NCBI GenBank assembly: GCA_965224085.1
Contig: CBDCYI010000004.1
Coordinates: 640,001-704,000 of the forward strand
Length of the DNA: 64,000 nt
Direction of reading: 5' to 3'
Source: Candidatus Marinacidobacterales bacterium
GTDB lineage: Bacteria > Acidobacteriota > Vicinamibacteria > Marinacidobacterales > SMYC01
In this document: one piece after another, positions 7,940-18,053 of the stretch
Layout of the letters: every line of letters begins with the position of its first letter
Position numbering within the stretch: position 1 is the first letter of the stretch
Notes under the pieces: model-generated
Told to the model about the DNA's origin: nothing
Seen by the model: the letters and a program-made list of their open reading frames with translations, nothing else
Database searches by the model: none
Program-made: the position numbers and the translations under genes

Positions 7940-10267
7940 TTACGGATTTTCGGACTTCGCGGCGCTGGGTCCTCTGCCCAGATGGCGGTCGAAATGCTCC
8001 ACCAGCTTTCGCGTCAGGAAGATCGCCTCGTGCTCTTTCCGGGTCCAGGCGTGTGTGGCAGCCGGGGCAAAGACGAAGTCGAAGTTCTTGCCGAGCAGCA
8101 TCAGTTTTTCCGCCAGCACAAGCGAGGTTTTGAAAGGAACGATAGCGTCCTGCATTCCGTGGAGGATGAGCAGGGGATCCTCGAGGTTTTCGCCCAGATG
8201 GATCGCCGAGACGCGGCGATACACATCCGGGTCGGTTCGGGGGAGCCCCATGAGGGCAATGTCGTCGGTGCCGAAAAATCGAGCGTCGACCGCCGGCGCG
8301 GCAGCGACGCCGGCGCGAAACAAACCGGGCTTTTTGAAGAGCGAGAACACCGTCAGCGTACCGCCGTAACTACTGCCCCAGATACCGATGCGGTCCGGAT
8401 CGACGTAGGGGAGCGTCTTCAGAAAGGCAACGGCGCTCGCCAGGTCTTTGATGTCGCCGCCGCCGGTGTCCGAGTGGAACGCCTCGCGGAATGAACGGCC
8501 GTATCCCGTGCTTCCCCGAATATCCACCTGGAGCCCGATATAGCTCCCTTCGAGGGCGAGGTATTGTTGTAGCGTTCCTCTCGAGCCCGCCCAGCGGTTC
8601 CTCGCACTGTTCGAGTACACCGGGCCCACGATCACTGGATATTTCTTCCCCGGCGCGAGCGACGGCGGTAGCACGAGACGGCCGTGCAGGGTGTAGTCGT
8701 CGATGCGACTCTCGAAGTTGACGTAGCGCGGCTCGATCCACGGATAATCGTCGAACGCGTCCGTCGGAGAGTGGGTCACCCGCCGCTCCTGGTCTCCGCC
8801 GTCCATGCTCTGAAGGTAAAGCTCGGTAGGCAAGATATCGCTGGAGTGGAGCACCGCGAGAAACGTGCCGTCCGGGGAGACGAAGGGCTCGTGGGTCCCC
8901 GGCATCGTCGTGATTGGCTGCGGCGCTCCTCCCGCCTCCGGTACCCGATAGACCTGTCTCTCGTAGGGACTCTTCTCGTTGGAGACGAAGACGATCTCGC
9001 CTCGTTTGGGTGAGAGGACGACACTCTGACCGCTTGCGCCGACGACGTCCCAGCTCGCTTCGCTTCGTGGCTGGGGCGGCCCGCCGGCGAGAGAGAGCTC
9101 GTAGAGGCGATAGCGCTCGTCCAGATCGGCGACGAAGAATATGGCCTCGCCGTCCGAGCGCCAGATAGAAGTGTAGTTGGGATAGAGGCGCCGCTCCGCG
9201 CGATCGTGCCATAGCTCCCGAACGGACAGCGTCTCTGCGGTCACGAGGTAGATCCTCCGCTCGTTGCCGTCCTCCGAGCTTTGATCGACGAGGAGCGTTT
9301 CGCCGTCCGGAGACCATTCGAAATGATTGAAGCGACGGTACGTGGAGTCCGCGAGCGGCACGAATCGAAAGCGCCCTTCGGCGACCGAGTAAAGAGCGAT
9401 GGCGCGGATCTCGTCGAAGTCTCCCGGGTAGCCCCGGCGAACCAAGTTCGGCACCGTTTCCTCGTCGAGGTAGTAAGGAAACGGGACTTTCCTCATGGCG
9501 CGGCGGTCCTCGTAGTGCAAAGCGACATAACGCGCGTTCGGTGACCAGAGGTATGTCGGTTTACCCGCATCCCAGATATAGGTTCCGAACTCGACGTCGG
9601 GACGGAAGTAACGGCCTCCCGGCACGGTGCCGACGGGAGGGACTCCCACCTCGGTGGCTTGCACGCGTTCGTTCGACTCCTGATCCCACAGCCAAAGATC
9701 TCCGGCTTGGAGAAAGGAGAGATAGCGCCCGCCGGGTGAGAAGGCGAGATGCGATGCCCCTCCCGGCTGGCCAGGCAAGCGCTCTGGCTCCGCGCCGCCG
9801 ATTTCCACCCGGTAGATCGCTCCCCGAAAAATGAAGAGCAGCGCCATCCCCTCGGGCGTCCAGATCACCTCCGATACACCGCCATCGGTTCGGGCTTCGA
9901 GCCTTCGAGACAGCCGAGCGACCGGATCGTCTTCGGGATCGATATCGGTTGGTAGCGCGTCGCGGCCGGGCTTCATGTCGGTGAGGCGCATCGGTCGATC
10001 GCCGGTGGCCTCGACGAACCACACGTCTCGAAACGGCATGCCTTCGTCGTTCCAAAGAAAGGCCAGTCGCGAGCTGTCGGGAGACCACACCGGGCGGCTT
10101 GGAGCCGTTCCGATCAAGCTGGGAAGCCGCGTGGTGACGTTCTCGACCGTGAGTCGCTCGCTCTGGCCGGAAGCATGCGTCGCGCTCACCGCGAGAACGC
10201 TCCAAAGCAGACCGGTCACGACGATCAGGAATCGAGTTTGTTCACGACGAGCCGGGATGCACGCCAT
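7940..10267 (-). CDS. S9 family dipeptidyl-peptidase IV-like peptidase
   Basis: Signal peptide, WSPD propeller repeats, GIWGSSYGG, HGMQD, ATH; 775 aa. Confidence 0.9.
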   Translation of the reverse strand: MACIPARREQTRFLIVVTGLLWSVLAVSATHASGQSERLTVENVTTRLPSLIGTAPSRPVWSPDSSRLAFLWNDEGMPFRDVWFVEATGDRPMRLTDMKPGRDALPTDIDPEDDPVARLSRRLEARTDGGVSEVIWTPEGMALLFIFRGAIYRVEIGGAEPERLPGQPGGASHLAFSPGGRYLSFLQAGDLWLWDQESNERVQATEVGVPPVGTVPGGRYFRPDVEFGTYIWDAGKPTYLWSPNARYVALHYEDRRAMRKVPFPYYLDEETVPNLVRRGYPGDFDEIRAIALYSVAEGRFRFVPLADSTYRRFNHFEWSPDGETLLVDQSSEDGNERRIYLVTAETLSVRELWHDRAERRLYPNYTSIWRSDGEAIFFVADLDERYRLYELSLAGGPPQPRSEASWDVVGASGQSVVLSPKRGEIVFVSNEKSPYERQVYRVPEAGGAPQPITTMPGTHEPFVSPDGTFLAVLHSSDILPTELYLQSMDGGDQERRVTHSPTDAFDDYPWIEPRYVNFESRIDDYTLHGRLVLPPSLAPGKKYPVIVGPVYSNSARNRWAGSRGTLQQYLALEGSYIGLQVDIRGSTGYGRSFREAFHSDTGGGDIKDLASAVAFLKTLPYVDPDRIGIWGSSYGGTLTVFSLFKKPGLFRAGVAAAPAVDARFFGTDDIALMGLPRTDPDVYRRVSAIHLGENLEDPLLILHGMQDAIVPFKTSLVLAEKLMLLGKNFDFVFAPAATHAWTRKEHEAIFLTRKLVEHFDRHLGRGPSAAKSENP

Positions 10268-10348
10268 TTTGAACTCCTCTCATGCGATGCGGTGAAGAAA
10301 CGCCTTAGTATACGCGCGCCTAAAGTAGGTGGGACCAAATGTCGGGCC

Positions 10349-10940
10349 ATGAGCGGCGCGGAGGCCAAACGCGGGAGCCGGCGTCCGCTCCTCGCCGCGG
10401 CGCTGGCGGCCATGGTTCTGGGTCCCGGCGCTTCGGCGTCACCGGTGCAGGATTCTGGAGGTCCCTTGATCGCAATGGACGATATTGGCTCCGTCCATAC
10501 CGGCTCCTCCCGCCGTTTGGCGATCTCTCCGGACGGGGCCAGACTCGTCGTCACCGCGTTCACGAAGGGACGGCGGGGGTGAACCGATCCAGATCACGAC
10601 CGCGGGTGGCGCCGAAGCGGTCTGGGGGCCCGACGGATCGGAGCTCTTCCATCGACGGGAGAACGTCATGATGAGGATTCCGATCAGGACCCGGCCCGCG
10701 CTCCAGGTGGGAGAGCCGGCCGTCGTGTTCGAAGGCGTCTTTCGCACGAACGCGTATGGCAATCCCTCGTACGATGTCGCTCCCGATGGCGAGCGATTCC
10801 TGATGATTCTTCCCGGGAGCAAATCGACGCCTCGGCTGGGAGTCGCGCTCGACTGGCAAGAAGTGCTCCCGCGAATAGGCCTCGGGCAAAAGCCGCAACC
10901 CCACCCGACTCACAGCTCCCTTGGCTGCGCGGCGTCGTAG
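10349..10940 (+). pseudogene. PD40/TolB-like beta-propeller protein with internal deletion
   Basis: Signal peptide plus LAISPDGARLV, then in another frame QITTAGGAEAVWGPDGSELF...YDVAPDGERFLMI...VALDW. Confidence 0.6.
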
Positions 10941-12607
10941 CGTGTGGTCGGGGCGGGGACTTGGCGGGAAACGACCACGTCGACCAGGGCCGGCTTCCCC
11001 GACGCTTCCGCCCGGCGAAGGGCAGGCTCGAACTCGTCGGGATCTACGACCCGCTCCCCGTGCGCTCCGAAGGCACGAGCGACGGACGCGAAGTCGGTGT
11101 CGAGGAAATCACTCGCTTCCGGACAGAGCTCTTTGTGAAGGTATTTCTGGACGTGGTACTCGAAGGCGAGTGAAGCGTTGTTCATGACGACGGTGACGAC
11201 GGGGAGCTTCCATCGGAGCGCCGTCTCCATATCGGCGAGGTGATAACCGAGGCCACCGTCGCCGGTCAGGCAGACAACGCGCTGTTCGTCCCCCACCGCG
11301 AGCTTCGCACCCATCGCTCCCGGAAAAGCCCAACCAAGGGAGCCGGCTGCGCGCAGGCTGAATCGGCCCGCCCGTTTCTGCTCGATCAAAGTGGACGCCC
11401 AGTTCGCCATATAGCCGGTGTCCGCAACCACCACATCGTTTTCTCGCACGTGCTCGTTGAGCACGCTCATGACGAACCTTGGATCGATGCGGCCTTCGAG
11501 CATCGGTTTCCCGACGATCTCCTGAAACCGGGACCGCCAGTCCGCCACCTTGCGCCGAACCTCTGCCGTCCAGTCCTGCCACGCAAGCTTCCGTGCACCC
11601 TGCGCCGCATCCAGGAAAAGTCCGAGCGACGTCTTCGCGTCGCCCACCATCGAAAGCTCTTCGCGGTACGTCCGCCCCAGCGTCATCGGGTCGAGGTCGA
11701 CGTGAATAATCCGGCTCTTCGGATGCGGCAGCGTGAATCCGTCCGTGGCCAACGCGCCCAGACGCGAGCCGACCACCAGACACGTGTCGCACATTGCAAG
11801 GATCTCGTTCGCCACCTTTCGCGAATAGCGCCCCGCAACGCCCACCGCAAGCGGATGCGTCTCGGCGATCGATCCCTTTCCGGCGAGCGAAGTGACGACG
11901 GGTAGGTCGAGCCTCTCCGCGAAGCGGGTCAGCTCCTCCCACGCTTTCGAGAGCAAAACGCCGCCACCGGCCAAGATGAGCGGGCGCTCCGCTTGCGCCA
12001 GGATCGCAAGCGCCGCTTCGATCTCGGAGACCGGTGGAGCCACGCGCCAGCCTGGAACTTCCATCATCGTTGCGTCGCAGTCGATCGAAGCAGAGCTACT
12101 GAGAGTTGCGGAGAAGAAATCATGCGGGATGGAAAGATATACCGGGCCGGGAACACCGGAAACCGCGGCACGAACTGCCGTCGCCAGCAAGTCGAGGATG
12201 CGATCGGGGGCGGGAAGCTCTGCGCTCCACTTGGTGAAAGGCTGGAACATCGGGAGCTGGTCCACCTCCTGATAGTCCAGTCGGTGTTTCATCCGTGTGC
12301 TCGTGGAAGCGCTGATGGCCACGAGCGGACTCTTGGCCCAGAAAGCATCGATCAACGACGGCGGCAAATAGGTGGCCCCGGGACCGAACTGGACCTCGCC
12401 GAAGGCTGGCTTTCCGGTGAGCCGTGCATGGGCGTCCGCCATGCAGAATGCTGACCGCTCGCTTCGAGCGAGAACGACCCGGATCTCCTCGCGATTCTGC
12501 ATCTCGAGCAGCGGGTCCTGAGGGGCGCCGGTCAGCGTGAAAACGTACTTCGCACCGAACGCCTTCATTCCCCGCGCCAACGCTTGCGCAACGGTCATAC
12601 CCATCAT
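10910..12607 (-). CDS. Thiamine-pyrophosphate-binding enzyme (acetolactate synthase-like)
   Basis: ARSERSAFCMADAHAR, GPG, GDGG...NN TPP motif; 565 aa. Confidence 0.9.
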   Translation of the reverse strand: MMGMTVAQALARGMKAFGAKYVFTLTGAPQDPLLEMQNREEIRVVLARSERSAFCMADAHARLTGKPAFGEVQFGPGATYLPPSLIDAFWAKSPLVAISASTSTRMKHRLDYQEVDQLPMFQPFTKWSAELPAPDRILDLLATAVRAAVSGVPGPVYLSIPHDFFSATLSSSASIDCDATMMEVPGWRVAPPVSEIEAALAILAQAERPLILAGGGVLLSKAWEELTRFAERLDLPVVTSLAGKGSIAETHPLAVGVAGRYSRKVANEILAMCDTCLVVGSRLGALATDGFTLPHPKSRIIHVDLDPMTLGRTYREELSMVGDAKTSLGLFLDAAQGARKLAWQDWTAEVRRKVADWRSRFQEIVGKPMLEGRIDPRFVMSVLNEHVRENDVVVADTGYMANWASTLIEQKRAGRFSLRAAGSLGWAFPGAMGAKLAVGDEQRVVCLTGDGGLGYHLADMETALRWKLPVVTVVMNNASLAFEYHVQKYLHKELCPEASDFLDTDFASVARAFGAHGERVVDPDEFEPALRRAEASGKPALVDVVVSRQVPAPTTRYDAAQPREL

Positions 12608-12699
12608 TTACCTCCCGAGCCGTGGGTCTCGCATGCTCTTTCCGCGCACCAGAAGGTTGCGGCTCAACGGTGGTATAACACCATCGGAGCGTATACGCG

Positions 12700-13050
12700 A
12701 TGACGCCACGAAGCGCGGAAGGTGGAAAGGTGAGCTCCGTCCACGCGCGCACTCTATCCATCCCATTGGAAAAGCCGCTCGCCTTTGCTACACGCCGGGT
12801 CGCGCGCCGGGAGTACACGCTGGCCGAGGCTCTCCACGACTACCGCTCCTGGCTCCAGGAAAACCGATCGACGATGGCCGGGGCCTATGTGGTCGGACGA
12901 CCGGCGTTCGAGTGGTACGTGCAGCGCGTGCTGATGTTTCCCTACGACAGCGACCAGCTGGACGCGATCCGGCCCTCCGGAGCCGGGCCGCGCTCCCACG
13001 GGGTTTTGATGTCGGAAGCAGCACTCGCACAGCTCACGGAGGAACAGTGA
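12700..13050 (+). pseudogene. Chimeric shard: mandelate racemase/MLE N-terminus joined to a DUF885-like internal fragment
   Basis: VSSVHARTLSIPLEKPLAFATRRVARREYTL, then ALHDYRSWLQE...VGRPAFEWYVQRVLMFPYDSDQL. Confidence 0.55.
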
Positions 13051-14666
13051 TCACCCGCCGACGTTTCGTCCAACTCTGTGGGACCTCCGCGGCGGTCGTC
13101 CTTCCCCTCCCCGGATGCCGGTCGTCGCGCCCCGAGCGCTCGTCAGCGGAAGTTGTGGACAACGTCGAGGCGAAGAAGGCACTCGCCGCGGTGGGGCTTC
13201 TGAGGGCCACGCGGCGCAACGCCTCCTTCGCCGATGTGCGCATCGTCCGGAACACCATTCAAACCCTCGCAGCCGATGGCCAGACGATCTCGGGTATCGG
13301 CGGTGAATGGCACTACGGGGCCTCGCCCGAGCACGTCCTCGAGAAGGTCGACATCGGGTTCAACGTCCGGGTCCTGAAAGACGGCGCCTGGGGCTTCGCC
13401 GCCTCTCCCATCCTCGGGGAGGACGAAATGGTGGCGGTGGCCGAGCTGGCCGTCGACCTCGCGGAAAAGGCCGCACGCACGATGACCGATCCGATTCGGT
13501 TGGTTCCCGAGCCGGCGCACGAGGACAGTTACGAGACTCCCCATGACGAAGATCCTTTCGCGGTCTCCCTGGACGAGAAGGTGGCGCTGCTTCTTCGCAT
13601 CAACGAGGAGGTGCGAAAAAACCCCGACATCGACCGCGCGTTCTCGTGGATGGACTTCTGGGACGAGAACAAGTACTACGCCAGCTCGGAGGGCTCCTCG
13701 ATCCAGCAGCGCATCGTGCGCTCCGACGGCTCGTTCTTTGCGCGGGCCAACGTCGACGGCGTTCGCGCGCAGCGGCGCTTCTGGGTCAACCCGCTCAACA
13801 TCGGCTACGAGCACATCCGCCGCTCCATGGATCCGGGCCAAGCCGAACGCATCGCAGAGGAGGCGGTCGAAAAAGCGAAAGCTCCGATGATCTCGAGCGA
13901 GATGGACGCCGACGTGATCATGGATCCGCACAACCTGTGTCTGTTCGAGCACGAGTCGGTAGCCCATCCCACCGAGCTCAACCGAACCGTGCTCGTCGAG
14001 ACCAACTTCGCCGGCACGACGTTCCTCAGCCCGGAAGATATGGGAACCTACCGCTTCGGTTCGAAGGCGATGAACTTCGTCGCCGATCGGAAGCGACCGA
14101 CGCTTCGCTCCACCTGTGGCTACGACGACGAGGGCGTCGAGACCCAGGAGTGGGACATCGTGCGTGAGGGTGTGCTCGTGGGATTTCAGACGACGCGGGA
14201 GTTCGCCACCTACGTCGGCGAGTCGCGGAGTCGCGGGTGCTGCCTCAGTGAATCCTGGGATCGGGTACCGCAAGGTCGCATGCCCAACGTGAGTCTCGAG
14301 CCCGGCGGAGACGACGCCCCGTCGCCGGAAGAGCTCATCGCCGACACCCGGCGTGGCCTCCTGTTCTCCGGCTTCGCCACGCGCATCGTGCAGGACTTCC
14401 AGCGGCGCAACCACACGTACACCGCCAACGCGATCTGGGAGATCCGCGACGGCCGCAAGACGCGCATGTTGCGCGGCGCGCACTATCAGGGAGAAAACCC
14501 CGACGAGCTCTGGCACCGTCTGGAGGTCGTGACCAACCGGGCCTCCTGGCAGCCAGCAGCTCTCGACTCCGACGACATCGGTCAGCCCACCCAGCGCAAC
14601 CACAATACGCACGGCGCTCCCTGGGCACGGTTCCGAAACCTTAGGGTGGGAGGTCCAACGCTTTGA
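13047..14666 (+). CDS. tldD: TldD-family metalloprotease with Tat signal
   Basis: GGAGGA RBS, GTG start, TRRRFV. FNVRVLKDGAWGFA, HESVAH, GYDDEGV, GRMPNV. Confidence 0.85.
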   Translation: MITRRRFVQLCGTSAAVVLPLPGCRSSRPERSSAEVVDNVEAKKALAAVGLLRATRRNASFADVRIVRNTIQTLAADGQTISGIGGEWHYGASPEHVLEKVDIGFNVRVLKDGAWGFAASPILGEDEMVAVAELAVDLAEKAARTMTDPIRLVPEPAHEDSYETPHDEDPFAVSLDEKVALLLRINEEVRKNPDIDRAFSWMDFWDENKYYASSEGSSIQQRIVRSDGSFFARANVDGVRAQRRFWVNPLNIGYEHIRRSMDPGQAERIAEEAVEKAKAPMISSEMDADVIMDPHNLCLFEHESVAHPTELNRTVLVETNFAGTTFLSPEDMGTYRFGSKAMNFVADRKRPTLRSTCGYDDEGVETQEWDIVREGVLVGFQTTREFATYVGESRSRGCCLSESWDRVPQGRMPNVSLEPGGDDAPSPEELIADTRRGLLFSGFATRIVQDFQRRNHTYTANAIWEIRDGRKTRMLRGAHYQGENPDELWHRLEVVTNRASWQPAALDSDDIGQPTQRNHNTHGAPWARFRNLRVGGPTL

Positions 14667-16012
14667 GCCTCGGCGAGACCGACGTCCAGCGCATCTTCGG
14701 TATCGCTTTCGATGCCGCTACTGCCGAGGAAGTAGCGCTCTCGATGAGCTGGTATCACGAGGTCAACCGGGAGGTCGTTTGCGGCGTGACCAACGTGATC
14801 CGTTTCTCCAACAGCTACATCCGGGATGACACGCAGGTCCGTCTGAACTATCCGCTCGAGATCGACGTGGCCTTCGGAGATCGCGTTGGACACTGCATCA
14901 CCAATCAGCTCGACCCGGGCTCGATCCGGGACGCGGTGGCGCGTGCGGAGGCGATGGCCCGGGCATCGACGCCGCGAACGGGCCGCCGCGAGCTCGCCGG
15001 CCCTCAGGACTATCCCGACGTCCCCGGTTTCGACGCGGCCACCGCGAGCCTGACCGCGGACGAGCGCCACCAAAAGGTGGCGGGCGTCATCGAGCGCTTG
15101 CAAAACGAGGAGCTCAACGGCTCGGGCTACTTCCACGTGGACGATACGCTCGAGGCGCACGCGACGAGCACGGGCCTGTGGTTCTACCGGCGAGCGACGA
15201 AGACCGGCTACACGGTGACAGTCCGATCGGACGGGACGATGGGTCGCGCGTCGAGCCGGATCGGCTCCGGCTGGGCGGGGATCGGGGACATGCGCCGCGT
15301 AGAGGAGATCGATTTCGACGCGATCACCGCGACCGCGATCGACAAAGCGAAAGATTCCATCGACCCCCAGCCCTTCGAGATGGGTCGCTACACGGTGATT
15401 CTGGAACCTTCGGTCACCGCCGCCTTCGTCGGCCTGATGCTGGGCGTCTGGTCCGGCTCGGCGCGTGCGGTCGGTGCCTGGGGAACCTCTCACAACGTCG
15501 GCGAGCGCGTGGCGAGTGCGCTCATGACGTTGCGGACGAAACCCGATCATCCCGCGATCCTCGGAAGTCCTTACGGCCCGGGAGGCCGTCCGTTGAGCGA
15601 GAAAGTCTGGGTCGAAGAGGGAACGCTCGCCGCTCTGCCCGGCGGGGAGAACGGACCAGCGGCACACCTCGTGTGGGACGGTGGCGCGGGCTCTGTCGAG
15701 GACCTCATCGGCGGCGTCGAACGGGGGCTCCTGGTCACGCAGAACTGGAACACGGGCCTTCGAACGCTCGACCCGCCGCAGGTCAACGGTATGACCCGCA
15801 ACGGGCTCTTCTGGATCGAGAACGGCCGAGTCGTGAGACCGCTTCAAAACGCCTGGTTCACGCTTCGGCTCGACGAGGTGGCTCGGAATATCGAAGCGGT
15901 GTCGCGTCCCTACAAGACGGCTCTATTCGGCTCGTCGGGGTTGAACGGAAATCTGATGCCGGCCGTTCAGGTGGCGGGTTTCAACTTCTATCGCCCGTCG
16001 CATGCGGTTTGA
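14663..16012 (+). CDS. PmbA/TldE-family partner subunit
   Basis: Overlaps tldD stop. GRYTVILEP, GMTRNGLFWIENG; no HExxxH. Confidence 0.85.
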   Translation: MSLGETDVQRIFGIAFDAATAEEVALSMSWYHEVNREVVCGVTNVIRFSNSYIRDDTQVRLNYPLEIDVAFGDRVGHCITNQLDPGSIRDAVARAEAMARASTPRTGRRELAGPQDYPDVPGFDAATASLTADERHQKVAGVIERLQNEELNGSGYFHVDDTLEAHATSTGLWFYRRATKTGYTVTVRSDGTMGRASSRIGSGWAGIGDMRRVEEIDFDAITATAIDKAKDSIDPQPFEMGRYTVILEPSVTAAFVGLMLGVWSGSARAVGAWGTSHNVGERVASALMTLRTKPDHPAILGSPYGPGGRPLSEKVWVEEGTLAALPGGENGPAAHLVWDGGAGSVEDLIGGVERGLLVTQNWNTGLRTLDPPQVNGMTRNGLFWIENGRVVRPLQNAWFTLRLDEVARNIEAVSRPYKTALFGSSGLNGNLMPAVQVAGFNFYRPSHAV

Positions 16013-16040
16013 AGCCGGGGAAACAGGAAGGAAAGACACG

Positions 16041-16511
16041 ATGTGGACTGGGGAAACTTACGCCTCGCCGTCACTCCATCGAGCGCTAGGAGCGATTTCG
16101 ATCGCCGGGATCGTCTGGCTCGGTTGCCAGGCTCAACCACCGCCGTCGGCGCCCGCCGCGGACGACACCACCTGGAGCGGCATCTGGGTATTCACGAAGG
16201 GCTATCACTGCCTGGCCCGGATGGACCCGCAGAGAACGAGCCTCTCCGATGCCGAGCTCGAAGCACTGCCAGCGGAAGAGCAAGTGGCCTACTATGAGCA
16301 ACTCCTCGGCTATTCCGGCACGGCGGGAACCTATCGCGTGGAAGGCGACACGCTCCGGCGTCAATGGGACATCAGCCTGGAACCCGACATTCTCGGTCTC
16401 GAGTCGGTCACCACGTTCTCGGTGGAAGGCGATCGGCTCACCGTCGACCTGCCGCGTCGATCACCCGACTCCGGCCCATCGGTCCAGGTCGTCTACCGCC
16501 GCCTCGAATAG
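16041..16511 (+). CDS. Putative lipoprotein with lipocalin-like domain
   Basis: Hydrophobic stretch ending WLGC. YSGTAGTYRVEGDTL and C-terminal VVYRRLE. Confidence 0.55.
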   Translation: MWTGETYASPSLHRALGAISIAGIVWLGCQAQPPPSAPAADDTTWSGIWVFTKGYHCLARMDPQRTSLSDAELEALPAEEQVAYYEQLLGYSGTAGTYRVEGDTLRRQWDISLEPDILGLESVTTFSVEGDRLTVDLPRRSPDSGPSVQVVYRRLE

Positions 16512-16532
16512 CCACCGACCGTGAGACATTCC

Positions 16533-18039
16533 ATGTTCAGAATTCTTGTTTTCTCGCTGCTAGCGTCTAGCTGGGGCGTGACGCGTGTGGCAGGGCAAGG
16601 AAACATCGCGTACGACCCGGCGCTTTATCGGGCGCTCGAATACCGGATGATAGGCCCCCACAAGGGCTCGCGTACCACAGCGGTTACCGGCGTACGGCAG
16701 GAGCCTCGCACGTTCTATATGGGCAGCACCGGCGGCGGCGTCTGGAAAACGACGGACGCCGGCGAGACCTGGTTCAACATCACCGACGGTCAGTTCGCCA
16801 CCGGCTCGGTCGGGGCCATCGACGTGGCCGACTCCGATCCCAACGTGATCTACGTCGGAACGGGCTCCGCCTGTATCCGCGGAAATGTTTCTCCTGGCGT
16901 CGGCGTTTACAAATCAACCGATGCGGGGAAGAACTGGCAACACGTCGGGCTCGACGAAGCGGGCCAGATTGGACGCGTCGTCATCCACCCGAACGACCCC
17001 AACATCGTGTACGCGGCCGTCCTAGGACACGCCTTCGGGCCCAACGACCAGCGCGGCGTCTTTCGAACGATGGACGGTGGAAAGAGCTGGGAGCGTGTTC
17101 TCCACGTTCAGCGAGAGAACCGGCGCCAACGAGATCGCGATGGACGTCAAAAACCCCCGGATTCTCTACGCGACGATGTGGACCGCGGAGCGAAAGCCCT
17201 GGACGATGATCTCGGGAAGCGACGAGGGTGGCATCTACAAGACAACCGACGCGGGCGACCACTGGACCAAGCTCACCACCGAACTTCCCCAGGGGATGAT
17301 GGGGCGCACCGGGATCACGGTGTCTCCGGCGAAGCCCGAGCGGGTCTGGGCGCTGGTGGAGGCACGCGACGGCGGCATCTATCGATCGGACGACGCCGGG
17401 GAGACGTTCGAGCGCATCAACGACGACCGCGAGCTTCAGAACCGTCCCTGGTACTACATGCACATTTACGCTGACCCCGTGGACGAGAACACCGTCTACG
17501 TCGTCAGCCGCTACTTCCACAAATCGATCGATGGCGGCGTGAGCTTCGGCCCTATCGCCATGCCGCACGGAGACAACCACGACCTGTGGATCCATCCCGA
17601 GGACCATCAGATCCTGATCGAAGGAAACGACGGGGGGGCCGCGATCTCTATCAACGGCGGCGCCTCCTGGTCCTCCCAGCTGAATCAGCCTACCGCTGAG
17701 ATGTACCGGGTCGACGTCGACCATCAGTTTCCCTATCGCGTCTACGGCTCGCAGCAGGACACGTGGGAAGTGCTCTCTGTTCCGAGCCGGAGCGGCAACT
17801 TCGGAAAGCGTCTTCAGCTTCAACACTGGGACGGCGTCGGGGGAATGGAAGGCGGAGTCGCCGTCGCCCGCCCCGACAACCCGAACATCGTCTACGCCGG
17901 GAGTACCAGCGGTGCCATCACCCGATATGACCGTTCGACCGGGCAGATACGGCCGATCAAGGCCTACCCGGAAGTTGGAGGCATGCCGGCGAAATACCTA
18001 CGGTACCGCTTCCAGCGCACCGCCCCGATCGAGCTCTAA
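16533..18039 (+). pseudogene. BNR/Asp-box (VPS10/sialidase-like) glycosyl hydrolase, frameshifted near 17105 and C-terminally truncated
   Basis: LEYRMIGP, GGVWKTTDAGETW, YRSDDAGETF, HGDNHDLWI, GNDGG. Ends abruptly after RFQRTAPIEL. Confidence 0.8.
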
Positions 18040-18053
18040 CCGCACTATTCGCT

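Noticed and set aside
12537-13046. 709-aa extended TldD ORF
   Set aside because: The extension overlaps the divergent TPP gene and shards. RBS and Tat signal support a start at 13047.
13143-15847. Long antisense ORFs (489 and 421 aa) and similar ones elsewhere
   Set aside because: Shadow ORFs expected opposite GC-rich genes, with no recognisable motifs.
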